Shown one piece after another: positions 38,509 through 53,319 of a stretch of DNA of 64,000 nt. Source of the DNA: the human T2T-CHM13v2.0 reference genome, Homo sapiens; assembly GCF_009914755.1 (NCBI RefSeq), contig NC_060932.1; one strand, 5' to 3'. How positions within the stretch are numbered: position 1 is the first letter of the stretch; each line of letters begins with the position of its first letter. The translations under genes and the position numbers were made by a program. The notes beneath the pieces are model-generated. The model ran no database searches, was not told where the DNA came from, and worked only from the letters and a program-made list of their open reading frames with translations.

Positions 38509-40635
38509 TGTATTAGTCTGTTTTCATGCTGCTGATAAAGACATACCCGAGACTGAGAAGAAAAAGAGGTTTAATTGGACTTACAGTTCCACATGGCTGG
38601 GGAGGCCTCAGAATCCTGGCAGGAGACAAAAGGTACTTCTTACATGTCAGCAGCAAGAGAAAAGTGAGGAAGATGCAAAAGCGGAAAGCTCTGATAAACC
38701 CATCAGATCTCTTGAGACTTATCCACTATCACAAGATGAGCACAAGATAGACTGGCCCCCATAACTCAATTACCTCCCCCTCGATCCCTCCCACAACACG
38801 TGGGAATTCTCCAAAGTCTTATTTGAGACAAAGCCAGTCCCTTCCGCTTATGAGCCTGCAAAATCAAAAGCAAGCTAGTTACTTCCTAGATACAATGAAG
38901 GAACAGGTATTGGGTAAATACAGCCATTCCAAATGGGAGAAATTGGACAAAACAAAGGTGTGAAATTGGCCAAAACAAACAGCCCATGCAAGTCCAAAAT
39001 CCAGTGGGAGTATTCAAATTTTAAAGCTCCACAGTGATCTCCTTTGACTCCAGGTCTCACATACAGGTCACACTGATGCAAGAGGTGGGTTCCCATGGTC
39101 TTGGGCAGCTCCACCCCTGTGGCTTTGCAAGGTACAGCCTCCAACATGGCTGCTTTCATGGGCTGGTATTGAATATCTGTGGCTTTTCCAGGTACATGAT
39201 GCAAGCTGTCAGTGGATCTACCATTCAGGGGTCTGGAGGACAGTGGCCCTCTTCTCACAGCTCCACTAGGCAGTGCCCCAGTAGGGACTCTGTGCGGGGG
39301 CTCTGATCCCACATTTCTCTTCTGTACTACTCTAGCAGAGGTTCTACATGAGGGCCCCACCCCTGCAGCGAACTTTCGCCTGGGCATCCAGGAGTTTCCT
39401 TACATCTTCTAAAATCCAGGCGGAGGTTCCCAAACCTGAATTCTTGACTTCTGTGCACCAGCAGGCTCAGCATCACATGGAAGCTGTGAAGGCACGGGGC
39501 TTGCACCCTCTGAAGCCACAGCCTGAGCTGTACCTTGGCCCTTTTCAGCCATGGCTGGAGCGGCTGGGACACAGAGCACCAAGCCCCTAGGCTGCACACA
39601 GCATGAGGACCCTGGGACTGGCCCACGAAACCACTTTTTCCTCCTGGGTCTCTGGGCCTGTGATGGGAGGGGCTGCTGTGAAAGTCTCTGACATGGTCTG
39701 GAGACATCGTCCCCACGGTCTTGGGGATAAACATTAGGCTTCTTGCCACTTAAGCAAATTTCTGCAGCTGGCTTGAATTTCTTCTCAAAAAATGGGTTTT
39801 TCTTTTCTACTGCATTGTCAGGCTGCACATTTTCTGAACTTTTATGTCCTGTTTCCCTTTTAAAATGGAATGCTGTTAACACCAGTCCAGTCACATTTTG
39901 AGAGATTCGCTGCTTAGAAATTTCTTCTGCCAGATACCCTAAATCATCTCTGTCAAGTTCAAAGTCCCACAAATCTCTAGGGCAGAAGCAAAATGCCACC
40001 AGTCTCTTTGCTAAAACATAACAAGAGTCACCTTTGTTCCAATTCTCAACAAGTTCCTCATCTCCATCTGAGACGACCTCAGCCTGGACCTTATTGTTCA
40101 TATCAATATCCATTTTTGTCAAAGCCATTCAACAAGGAGGTTCCAAACTTTCCCACATTTTCTTGTCTTTTTCTGAGCCCTCCAAACTGTTCCCAGCTCT
40201 GCCTCTTACCCAGTTCCAAAGTTGCTTCCACATTTTTGGATATCTTTTCAGCAATGCCCCACTCTGCTGGTACCTATTTACTGTAATAATGCGTTTTCAC
40301 GCTGCTGATAAAGACATACCTGAGACTGGGAAGAAAAAGAGGTTTAACTGGACTTAAAATTCCACATGGCTGGGGAGGCCTCAGAATCACGGTGGGAGGC
40401 AAAAGGCACTTCTTACATGGCAGTGGCAAGAGAAAAATGAGGAAGAAGCAAAAGCGGAACCCCCTGATAAACCCATCAGATCTCATGAGACTTATTAGCT
40501 ATCATGAGAATAGCATGGGAAAGACCAGCCCCCATGATTTAATTACCTCCCCTAGGTTCTTCCCACAACACGTGGGAATTTTGGGAGATACAATTCAAGT
40601 TGAGATTTGGGTGCGGACACAGCCAAACCATATCA
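38509..40635 (-). mobile_element. THE1C provirus (LTR-internal-LTR)
   Basis: LTRs at 38509-~38810 (partly deleted) and 40282-40635; THE1 internal between them; CATGA near both ends. Confidence 0.92.
39409..40128 (-). pseudogene. THE1 internal ORF remnant (239 aa open)
   Basis: VQAEVVSDGDEEL...CYVLAKRL...RDDLGYLAEEISKQ matches the recalled MaLR THE1/MST ORF. Confidence 0.8.
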
Positions 40636-40789
40636 CATGAGTGAATGGACGCAGGTTAGGAATGGAGAAGGTGCTTTCCTAGATATGGAAACTGAGGGTA
40701 ATAAGAGGAAGATGTTGTGCTTGGCATGGTATGAGAATCTACTACGTGCCAGACCTAAATGCTTTATGGGCATTGAATCATTTCCTTCT

Positions 40790-41175
40790 TGCTATGATTT
40801 GAATGTGGCCCCTTTGAAATTCAGGTGTTGCCAATGTGGTATTAACAGGTGGAACAATTAAGAGGTAATTTAGCCATGAGGGCTCCTGGCTTGTGAGTGG
40901 AATTAAGGCCCTTATAAAAGCAGCTCCCATAGCATTCAGAGAGTTCACCCTCCAACCTTCTGCCAGGTGAGGAAGCAGCCATCATCACTCCCCGTGGAGG
41001 ACGCAGGAGTAAGGCACTGTCCTGGAAGAAGAGAGCAGCCCTCACCAGACGCCAAACCTGCCAGCGCCTTGGTCTTGGACTTCCAGCATCCAGAACTGTA
41101 AGAAGTATGTTTCTGCCCTGTATAAATTACACAGTTTGTAGTATTTTGTTATAGGAGCACAAATGGACTAAGACA
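40790..41175 (+). mobile_element. MaLR solo LTR (MSTC/D-like) inserted in MIR
   Basis: TGCTATGATTTGAATGT...GGACTAAGACA. Confidence 0.85.
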
Positions 41176-41679
41176 ATCCTCATAATAACCGTCTGTAGCA
41201 AGTTTCATTGTTGTCCGCGTTTGAAATGTAAGACAGCTGAGGAGCGGGGAAGTTATTTATCCAGTTGCAAAGACACTCTGCTGTAGAGGCGGGAATCGAT
41301 GCCAGCCTTCTTAACGCTGGACAGTTGTGTCTTAAATAGACACAACAATATCAGATCAAGAAAAAATGAAATGAAACACAAAATCAGTAACCCACATAGA
41401 ACTAAAATCATCAAGATTTTACGCCTTTTTTTCTCTTGCATTTCCGCTTGTCTTGCAAATGTATTACGTATTTTTGACAAATTGACAACAACAATGCCAC
41501 TGGTTTGAATTGCCTTTATTTAAAGTAGCGATGTCACACTTTCTTTTATGTCAACTGCACAGTATTTCTCCTTTTTATCTGATCTATAGACCACTTAGGC
41601 TACTATAAGATCCCATGATTACCATCTCTACCCTTTTCCAATTTTGATGAAGGAGGGAAAAATAAAAAACAGTAACTCA

Positions 41680-42075
<396 letters not shown>

Positions 42076-42979
42076 TCAACAAAATTAAACCTAACCATAA
42101 TCTACCATATGTGTTAATGACTACCAAAATAGCAACAATAAAAATTCTCAAGAAACTCAAGACAGTGCAGATGACGTGCTTCAGAACAAAATTATGAGAA
42201 TCCCAATTATCTTTGATTATGTATGCACAGTAGGAAGTATGCAATATTACAGACAAAGTGTTGCATGGCAACCATTTTTTTGTTAGAATACTAAATTATA
42301 ATCTTGAGGAAATTCTAGTTATACAGTAATTTCAGTTTTAAAATATCTAATATTAGTCACTTTTAAAGACAAATTATATAAGGTTGCTAGAAAATTAATC
42401 ATTAACACATTAGAATATTAGTTTCTGGAATTGTCTGTTGGCTTCCTGTAAAATACATAAACAATGTGTGCATTTTTGAATTTTTTATCAGTGCATAAGA
42501 GAATCTAGTATCATGACCCACCAGCGGACATTCACAACATCATTTAAGTCCTAGTGTTAAAATAATCGTTTTAGAAAAACACACACTATATCTCTATCAT
42601 ATTGTTTTTATTTGATCTGACTTCACTTGGGCGGGACCAGAGTTTAGCTGGAATACTATCAGACCCGTTTTGGGATTGAGGGTTGAGCCTCTACCTAATG
42701 CCCACATAGTTTCTTATCAATGATGTTCTAAAGTCTCTCATAGCCATGCCTGTTATTTCTTATGCATACTCTCTCCCAGAATAGACTGCAGGTGATTTAA
42801 TTGAGCTCAGTTCTGTCTCTGTTTATCTGATGATGTGGGTGGAAGAAAGGAGGAACGTAGGCTTCTTCATATCTCATAAACTGGATCTAAATGCTTCAGA
42901 GTCCAGAAAACAAGTTACCAGCATGCTATATAAACTCTAACTCTGCAGCCAGACTGTGTTCAAGCCCAAGTTCTAGCCA

Positions 42980-43468
42980 GGTGTTTTCAGAGCCCCCGGG
43001 TAAACTGAGGTTCCAGCAGCAGAGCAGCTAGCAGCCCTGCTAACAGGAGATGAACAGCTAGCTAACAGGAGATGAACAGCTAGCTAACAGGAGATGAAGG
43101 CGAGCTGGACGTGGTAGTTACACAGTACCTCCCATGGGATACTTCTTTTACCTGCTGGGCAGCCAAATGCCTAGTTGTCCAACCTATGCACATGTGTTCT
43201 TCAGGTGAGAAACCTGCTGATACTGGCAGATGTTCTTGGGGCTCTTGTCTGATCCCTGTCCAGTGTCTGCCTGCCTTACCACAGCTCTGGTGCTGATTGC
43301 TCAACCTTGCGTTGTCCCTGGTGTCATGGGGAAAACCCAGCCTGGGGCAGCCCCTAGTTCTTCAGGTGGAAGGTGCACATTTAATCCACAATAGGAAACA
43401 AGTTCAAAGACTTTTACTTAAAGATCCTGGCCTAGGAGGGCATAATGAGTTGGGAGGGCGGTCCTTTC
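42980..43468. mobile_element. Old ERVL-type LTR plus adjacent sequence (MER54/MER74 group, tentative)
   Basis: 'acaagttcaaagacttttactt...gatcctgg...gggagggcggtcct' recalled from this LTR group. Confidence 0.5.
43039..43098. repeat. 22-bp tandem repeat GCTAACAGGAGATGAACAGCTA x2.7
   Basis: Exact copies at 43039 and 43061, partial copy at 43083. Confidence 0.95.
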
Positions 43469-45225
43469 ATGGAGCAAAATTATCTTGGTTTATTGTGTGA
43501 ATTTGTAGTTGGTTTCTAAACAGTCATGTTGACATCTCACTTTATTCAACTATTTGTCTCATCAGTCATCATCTTCCCTCCCTCTGTCTCTTCCTCCCTT
43601 TCTTCTTTCTTCCTTTCCTTTCTCTCTGCCTTCCTGCCTTCCTTTTTTCTTCCCTTCTTCCCTTCTTTCCTCCCTTTCAGGAATATTTATTGAGCACCTA
43701 CTTTGTCTCAATACTGTTGTTAGATATCCATCATCATTTAGTGACTCAGTGGTTGTTGAGAATTAATCAGAATACTGCTGGCTATCAATTACACACATAG
43801 AAAATATAATATAAATTCAGAAAAAGTTACAAAGTCATTTATCTCCCAGAACATTAATAAAGTAGAAAATACAGAACACTGGTTTGGGGGCAAAGAATGA
43901 TGATTTTAAAATGCTTTCATTGAAAATGGTAGCAGATAAGAGAAGATGCTCCCGGGGAAATAGTTTGTATTTTGTTGAATTCCATTTTGAAAAGAATGAG
44001 TGGTGATATGAAAGTTCCTATGTTTTTACCTTGCTGTATGAGAAAAAAAAATAGTAGGCTAGTATGAAAAGGCAATATCATCACTCTGTTGGTTTTGCAC
44101 AAAAAACTTTTATTAGCTTTGTTTGGTTTTGTTTTTCTGCCTACAAAGAATATTACATGTAATTTTTAGAAATTTAGGGAAAATCGGAAAAGCGCAAAGA
44201 AGGAAACAATTTATTTACACCTAGAGCACAGAAGTAAATACTGATAACGGCCCAGGCTCAATTCTTCTGTCTTGTATCTATGCATATTATGCACGGGAGG
44301 ACTTTTTTATGTTATGACATTTTAAAGACTTCGTGTCATTTGCTATACTTTGAAATCAGCTGTTTCTATTTAATATTATAACTTAGAAAAAATATTATTT
44401 TTTAATGAAATTTTGGGTTGCTACACCCTTTGTTGTAGTGAGCTGGCTTTAGAGGGCTCTGGTCTTCGGTTCTGGCCATTTCTGTCTTGGTCCCAAATCC
44501 TCTATTAACCATTTGTATTGCTTTGGGAAAGTCCCTGCCTCTCTTTGGATATCTATCTCATCCACTGTATAAAATAAAAAGATTGGAATTAAATGATGTG
44601 ACTTACAAGTGCTAGTGCTCTAGAATTTTCTAATTCTTCATCAGTGCAACGTCTCCCCCCAGTGCCATCGGAATCCTGGGAGCCTGTGGAGAGGAGCAGG
44701 ACCCCGTCCATTCCAGTGATCCCTGAAGGCACTGAGGAGGAGAAACATTGGTCCCTCTGTGGCTTCTCTTTATTCATTACTTTTTCTTTCTGCTCAAAAC
44801 ATCCCCAGATCCTGCTCAGGCCCACAGAAAGGGAGTAAGCCACTGCACCTAGCAACATTTTTAATCTTAGCATATATTATCTGTAGTGCTTCTACAAAAA
44901 TAAAGTCTTTTAAGACAAAACAAAAACAAAATCTCCATTTGGGACAATAACTGCCTTTTTTCAGGACTTTAAATGTTGCATAGAGAAGGGACATAGCAAA
45001 ATTGCCCCAATGCAATGACATGTTTTCCATCAATGGCTCTTTGGCTTTGACGAAGTCATCAACCTCCTGAAGGGCAGCATCATCCTAGGAGCACAGAACT
45101 AGTCTGGAGTTCAGTGGATGTAGGTGCTGTGTGAGTTTGAGAAATTCGCTGAACATCCCTGAACTAAATCGTAATGTATCACATTGTAATAAAATATGTC
45201 TTAAGTACATCATCCTTATTATTTT

Positions 45226-45345
45226 ACTTGGACCTGGAAGGCAGAGGTTGAAATGAGCCAAGATCATGCCACTGCACTCCAGCCTGGGTGACAGAGTGAG
45301 ACTCCCTCTCAAAATAAATAAATGAATACATAAATACATAAATAG
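45226..45345 (+). mobile_element. 5'-truncated Alu 3' fragment
   Basis: 'ggcagaggttgaaatgagccaagatcatgccactgcactccagcc' plus (TAAA)n tail. Confidence 0.88.
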
Positions 45346-45399
45346 TACAGTGTTGCCAAGTGGGAAGTAATGTGAGAATTTTTTAGGAAGACAGACTGA

Positions 45400-46450
45400 G
45401 GACATTTCATAAATATTAAGCATGGCTTAATATTAGGAGCTAAGTTAGGTGTTAGAGGCACAACAAATACAAGATAAATATGATCCCTGTCTTCACGGAG
45501 CTTGCAGTCTAGGGGAGGGTGAGTACTAAGATGACCAACAATAAACAATTAAAAACAACTATAATTACAAATTGAATTTTTTCTATGAAAGAAATAACTA
45601 AGACTACGAGTTCAATGGATAGTCAGGAGATGTCTCTAAGGCGATAATATTTGACTCATAATCTCTGAGGAGTCAGCCACGAGAATAACGGGAGAAGCTT
45701 CCAAGTAGAAAGATCAGTAGGTGCAAATGTCCTGAGATGGAAAGGAGGTTAAGGAAGTGTTGGTGGTTGGAACTTCATGAGGGAGTGTATGGGGTGCCAA
45801 GGCACAAACAGCTAGGAGATAGGTCAAGGAGGGCCAAGATTCCAGGTTTGATTTGATTATAAATATGATAATAATGATATTGATAATGATAATTGTAAAG
45901 ATAATTAAAATTAACATTTACTGAGTTTTACTCTGTGCCTTAAGCACTTTACATTCTTTAACTTATTTATTTGTCACAACTATCATATGGGACTACTACC
46001 ATACTCTTTATTTTACAGACATGTAAACCGAGGCACAGAGGCAGGAAATAACTTGCCCTAAATTACATGGATAGCCATGTAAAGTTAGCAAAATGTTTTA
46101 TACAAGAATAGCCTAATTTGATTTACTTTTAAGAGGATAATTTTGATTGCCATTTGTAAAAATATTAGAGGAGGGTGAACATATAATCTGTAATTTTTAA
46201 GAGCATATTACAATAGTCAAAGAGAACAGGATGGCTTATACTAGGATTTTGGTAGAAAAGATAAAAAGAAAAGGGCAGATTTTAAATATATTCTGAAACA
46301 AAATTAGCAAAATGTTGTAAAGGATCAAATGTGGGAGATAAAAGGAGAGAAATTAAAGACCATTTGAATATTTCCCACTTGACCAATTAGACGGAAAAAA
46401 CAACGTGCATTTCTTGAGTTGAAGAGTTCTGGGCTAGAAACAAACAAGGG
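45400..46450 (-). mobile_element. L2 fragments with a nested MIR (~45870-46080)
   Basis: L2 'atccctgtcttcacggagcttgcagtctag'; MIR 'ttttacagacatgtaaaccgaggcacagag'. Confidence 0.7.
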
Positions 46451-47530
46451 GCTAAGGCAATCAGAGTGCAGACTTAGACTTATCATTGTCCTGCTGTGGT
46501 TTGCAAAAAGGTGGCTCCTTTGTTAACAGAAAGTAGTTGAAGAGAGTGAGCCATCAAGAACATGATTCTAGATTATCTTCCATGTAAAAAACAGGGAGAT
46601 GCTAAGACAGAGGAGGGATGAATAGATGTATAGCAGGGTATATTAGATACAATGTCTCAAAAGTACAGTAGTCTCAGCCTCTCCCTGCAAGTCTTTCTAT
46701 TTTTTCTCTCTTTTAAACACATATGCGTACACACATACATATGCAGTAGAAATTATTTACGGTGTGTATCAGCATGTCTGGAAGGGGGCTGTGGGGTTTA
46801 GATCAGCTGGGTGAACACAGCGTAAGGCATCTAGGAACTGGCATCCACATTTGTGCAAAAGTCGTATGGAAAACCACAAAACTGGTCCAAGTTCAGTGAG
46901 GCCCTAATCAGCAATCTGGGATTTGGGCCAGGGCTCCAGTCCCTCACTTGAGAAACTGGAAACAAGACAGAGGCCAGAATCAAAGCAGCTTGCTCTCCTT
47001 TGGAATGTGGCATGTTGAGGTGGAATTCAGCTATGCAGGGACACATTGCTCAGAGGTCTTCCCTGGAGCACTGGAACCTGGATCCAGCTGGATGTCACCA
47101 AGGCTCTGGCCTGAACGCAGGAGCTCATCTTGAGTTTTACGAGTCTATTTATCAGAGAGGCCTTCCTTGAAGCGAATTGATGTGTGTCCTCAGAGCTCTC
47201 TCCCCACTTTTTTTCTTCCCTGAGAATGGCACTCGTCACATTTTGCTGCAACTACATAAAACCTGGTGAAAGTATAACATTCATCAAAATAGACTTTTCA
47301 CTGCTATCTCTTCAGTTGATAGCACAGCGTCTGAAACATGCAAAACCTACAAAATGTGGGTCGCTGAGTGGATGTTACTTCTTATCCAAATTCACTGTAA
47401 ATAAGTGTTGGTATCACATAAACATGAAGACTTCTCCGAGTATCCATTTGAAAATATTCATAATTCCATTAAAATTATACAGCCTGCAAAAAACATTTCC
47501 TAAATTATGATGAATGTCCCAAGTTATCTT

Positions 47531-47976
47531 TATCTGAGTTTCCCAGGATGGCCATAACAAAGCATCACAAACTAAGTGGCTTAGAGAAGAAGGAACATTT
47601 TCTCTCACAGTTCAGGAGTCTGCAAGTCTGAAATAAAGATGTTGGCAGGATCGGTTTCTTCTGGAGACTCTGAAGGAAAATCTACTCCATTCTTCATTTG
47701 TATCCTCTGGTGGTTGCTGGCATTTTTATCATTCCTTCGCTTATAAATGCATCACTCCAGTCTCTGCTTTTATCTTCCCTCTGTGTCTGTGTCTCCTCTG
47801 GGTCCAACTATCCTTTTACAAGGGCATTCGTCAATGTATTAGGGTCCATCCTAATCCAGTATGACTGCATTTTAACTTGATTACATCAGCAAAGACCCCT
47901 TTTCCAAATGAGATCACAGGAACCAGAGATTAGTACTTCAACATATATGTTGGAAGAACACATTCAACCTACAACA
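47531..47976 (-). mobile_element. MaLR solo LTR (MLT1B/C-like)
   Basis: 'ggccataacaaagcatcacaaactaagtggctt...ctaatccagtatgac...caacctacaaca'. Confidence 0.85.
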
Positions 47977-48251
47977 TAGTTCTTTCAAATGGCTCTGGGA
48001 TGGCGTGGAGTGAGAGTTTTTGTGATGAAAGACTACTTTAAGAAGATGCTTATCTTTTTTTCTCCCTTTGCATGAGACTAGCCCCCATGCTGACCTTTTG
48101 CATAGTTGGTCTTTATTAAATATCCAGCTCCTTAGAATAGCTGAAGAATTTTATTTGTGGGAGGTTCCACTTTGGGTGCCATAGTTTAGAAAGCACCATT
48201 CCCTGTTCCCTGCCCTGGAGGAATAGAATGTCCTCCTTTCATGAGGGCTTC

Positions 48252-48762
48252 TGTATTAGTCAGGGTTCGCTAGAGGACAGCACTAATAGGGTAGATGTAT
48301 ATAAGAAAAGGAGTTTATTAAGGAATATTGACTGACATGATTATAAGGTGAAGTCCCACAATAGACCATCTGCAAGCTGAAGAATAAGAAAGCCAGTCCA
48401 AGTTCCAAAACCTCAAAAGTAGGGAGGCCGACAACGCAGCCTTCAGTCTGTGGCCAAAGGCCCTGGCAAACTACTGGTGAAGGTCCAAGAGTCTAAAAGC
48501 TGAAGAACTTGGAGTTCCATGTTCAAGGGCAGGAAGCATACATGCCCTTCCAGGTATCCTTCCTCGTTCCTCTGTCTGCTTTTATCCTAGCTGCACTGAC
48601 AGCTGATCAGATGGTGCCCACCCAAATTGAGGGTGGGTCTGCCTCCCCCAGTCCACTGACTCAAATGTTAATCTCCTTTGGCAACACCCTCACAGACACA
48701 CCAGGAACAATACTTTGCATCTTTCAATCCAGTCAAGTTGACACTCAATATTCACCATCACA
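48252..48762 (-). mobile_element. ERVL solo LTR (MLT2B-like)
   Basis: TGTATTAGTCAGGGTTC...CAAGTTGACACTCAATATTCACCATCACA. Confidence 0.9.
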
Positions 48763-49364
48763 GTTTTCCAGACCACTGGCTTCTGCAAGTCAGCAGAGGG
48801 AAATCCAGCTCTAATCAGCAGGAGAGGGGCTGTGGAAGGGCGCCACACAGTATTTAACCCCATTTCTCTCCTCCGTTATCATTAGGCCAGTGTCTGGTTA
48901 ACTGGGAGTCTCAAGACAGCATTTTTTAATAGATGCATATTTTATCTCACCCCAACTAGCTCTTTGTTATGCAAATAAGCACTGTGTACTTTGTTTATGT
49001 TTCAGCTAAATCAAAGAATCTTTTGGCAGGAACTGCATTCTTCCAGCAGCCATATGCTGTTGATTAATCACACATAATAGGGAGTTATTGTATGGGGTAA
49101 AGCAATTTCATACCAATCACTACCCATTATTTAAGATCTTTTTGACACATTGTCTCATTTTAGTATATCATACCTTTGAAAGGAGTGGGAACAGAACAGA
49201 GATAGAGAAAGCGAAGGGGACGGAAAGCGGTTATGAGGAAGGATGAGGGGACTGCAGGGCAGAGAGGGAGAAAGAAAAGCATCCAAAGTTAAAACGGTAG
49301 GAAGAAATAAGAAGTATATTACATGGGTTTGAAGGAATTTCATAACTGAACAAGTCGTTCAGCA

Positions 49365-49384
49365 AATAGCGCCACCCTGTGGAT
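49365..49384 (-). promoter_or_regulatory. Candidate CTCF site
   Basis: Minus strand CCACAGGGTGGCGCTA compared with core CCASYAGRKGGCRS. Confidence 0.55.
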
Positions 49385-49655
49385 TAGAGTTCTATGACAC
49401 CTGAAAAAATAAACATCACAGGGAAGGCAGGGCAAGGCACTGGATTACCAATGTTATTCTTAGAAGCATCCAAATTAAAGTGAATCCCCTACCTGAGGAT
49501 GGAGAGTACAGGGAAAGTTTCCAGCACGGGAGACATTTAAAATACATTTTGCAAGGCAGGTAAGAATCTAGTTCTTTGCAGGCTAAAAAGAGCTCCTCTG
49601 TATCCCACATGGACTCTGCATGACACAGGGCACAGGACAGCCATGCATTGTTTAG

Positions 49656-50110
<455 letters not shown>

Positions 50111-52107
50111 TCCTCATCAATGTTCTTTCAAGGGTCCCCTATAGTAGGTTTTTCTTGGAGAAAGCCAGGTAAACAGGCTGGTGCGCCTTCAGCTTGAAGC
50201 TGCAGACCCTGGGCACACAGAGCCCTTGCTGAGTAAATGCATATGAAATGGGCTATGGGGATGTGTGGCTTCTAGCACACAGACTTGCCCTTCCGTAGTC
50301 TAAACTCAGTCTCATCTTCCCAGTGTCCACCCTTTCTTTACACCAGTGCCAGTTAGTTCTTTGAGAAAATAGTTCAAATCCTATCAATCGTCTTCTCAAA
50401 AACATCAAATGGCTTGGAATTAGTGGGTTGGGGCAGTGCTGGTGGAAAGGAACTCCTCAGTGTGCAGTGGAGCCCCTTTATAATGCAGCTTTCATAAACG
50501 TGTCTCTTTCACTTTTGCATTCTCACTCCAATCTCTTCACTCTAATTACTCTAAGAGTGCCCTGAGAGTTCCCATTTCTGAGCCGACACCTTCTTTCCCA
50601 AAATTATTATTTTTTTCTGCTAGTTTCACTTGCTGTTGACATTTGTCTCTTCTTTTGAGCCTCACATCAGATGCCTCTGCCATTTAAAAGCCTTTTTTCT
50701 AATCTATCTGGAGTTAGCATGGTGTTCAGGTGTTAAGAAGAGGACAATAAATAGTAAAATGAAGAAGATGGGGAGAAGACTAAGAAGAAAAGACAATGGC
50801 TTCATTAATTAGTTTTATTTGGATGCTTTTGCTTGGTTTTATTTTTTTTTTCTCTTATAAGGAATTCTGAGATAGAGAATATAGAATTGGTGCAACAAAA
50901 CCACGTCGTCCTGGATATTGAAGGATGGAGCCTTCTGTCTAATACACTCATTATGCTCAGTGTGTAGCTTTGGTCTACACAGGAATCCTTTGAACTATGT
51001 TAGATCACGTCACTTCTCTGCTGAAAAACCCTCCACAAGCAGATCTTCACTTGCTCAATCACAGGAATCCCCAGTGTTTAATACAGTAAAGTTGGGGTAT
51101 GTGGGAGCTCTTCTTGGCAGGCAAAGATGTAGAGTCTCACTCGTCGGCAGCCCCTAGCATCCTGCAGTCCCCTGGCCTCCCTCACTCAGCCACTCCAGAC
51201 ACATCTGCCTCCTCAAAGAACCACAACTCTACTAGCAGATATTCTCTCAACTAGCCTAATATCTCATGTTCTTCTCATTTCTCATGGAAGTTCATTCTAA
51301 TTCCTTATTAGCGTTTTGTTGTGCACCTAGGAAAAACATTAGATGCTTTATGAAAATGGTTTAGGAAGATCCAGAAAACAGCATATCAATCTTTTGATTG
51401 CTCTAAATAATATCATTATTAGCACAGTTGAGGCCATGTTTTCTAATAAAAAATTTAAAGTATGTATCAATGAAAAGCTCAAAGAAGGCTCTGGAATTTT
51501 GGCAAGCATTCTGAGTTGCGCTCCTTTTTCTTTACCAACAATGTTTGAACTGAAAATACTTTTTAAATTGTGCAAGCAATTTATTGTTCATATTAATATC
51601 TGTTCACATTAATATCTGTTCAATTATTACTTTCATTTTAAATTCTTCATGTTAGAGAAGGATCATTGTTTCATTTATTTTCTCTCCCACTACTCCCCAT
51701 CTTATAGGTTTAGCCATTCTGACATTAGCTTTTAGAATTCTACTGAACTTGGGAATTTTAAATTGTTCTCTGTAAATATTGGACCATCAGTGCCATGTTA
51801 CCCTTGTTATGCACCACTAAATATTATTTTTCTTCAAATTATTCAAAGTTCTGGATAAGTGTTCACTTGTCTTGGTTGAGTAATATTACTGGCTTGTGAT
51901 TTTTTTTTTTTTCTGTTCTTGTAATCCCATGGATGTTTTATTGGGTATAAATATTTAAGTGTTGTCAATTATAAAATCTTCATTCATGAAAGTTGATATT
52001 AAAGATGTATTGTGAAATATGTAAGAGTAATAACAAAATACTGTGTCTTTAAATTTAGTATATAAAATCCACTTACTTTCTAATCTGAAAGACTTTTCTT
52101 GTAAAAT

Positions 52108-52305
52108 TAACAGTAATATGTTTTATATTTAAAAATAGCTAGACAAGAAGATTTGAAATGTTCCTATTACAAAGAAATGATAACTCTTCCAGGTTCCGGA
52201 GATCCTAAATACCCTGATTTCCTTATCCCACATCATATGCATGTATCAATATATCACACACACTCCACAAATATATACAATTATTACGTATAAAATAATA
52301 AAATT
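52108..52305 (+). mobile_element. L1MA 3' end
   Basis: 'aaaatagctagacaagaagatttgaaatgttcc...caaagaaatgataa'. Confidence 0.85.
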
Positions 52306-52777
52306 TTATTTTTAATAATTAAAATTAAGATATAATAAATATATGAAAGTATCAGTAGAATCCTAAAAAAATACTACTTTCTCTCATAATCTTCTAATAG
52401 AAATTTTTTATTACATACTAACTAATGTCAAAATTAGATTTCTTTTCCTAGAAACCTCCTTATAATCTCACACAGCTGTGATGAACATTTTCCAGAACCA
52501 TCATTCATCACAATAGCAAAGTTCAAAGTGTTTTTGTCTTTCTTGTTCAATTTAAGTGTAATTTTCTTTATCTTACAATGGAAAGGCCAGCCTTATGAGT
52601 AATTCTCTGTAAAGAATGTGTAATATCCTGTAGGCATATAAATTAAATGTAATATCCATTTAATGGAAATCTGCTAATTTTTATTGTTTCAAATTTCCTA
52701 AAAATTTAATCAAAACAATCTTAAGAATTCCTATTTAATTTTAACTATTAGTTTTTCTTTTCTTAAAATACTTTTGT

Positions 52778-53091
<314 letters not shown>

Positions 53092-53319
53092 CTATTTTTC
53101 TCAGTATCCAAACTTTTCTTATTATTACGTATGAATCAAAAATAAAATATAATTATATTAAAATAGTACATATTTGAATATAATCACATTAAAATTTAAA
53201 TTAAATAGAATAAATCAAAACTTAACATTTAATAATATATTATAATAGACTTACAAAAGATTACTAACATTATAATACAAAGTACAAATTATATCAAATA
53301 AAATAAAAATTTATACTTT

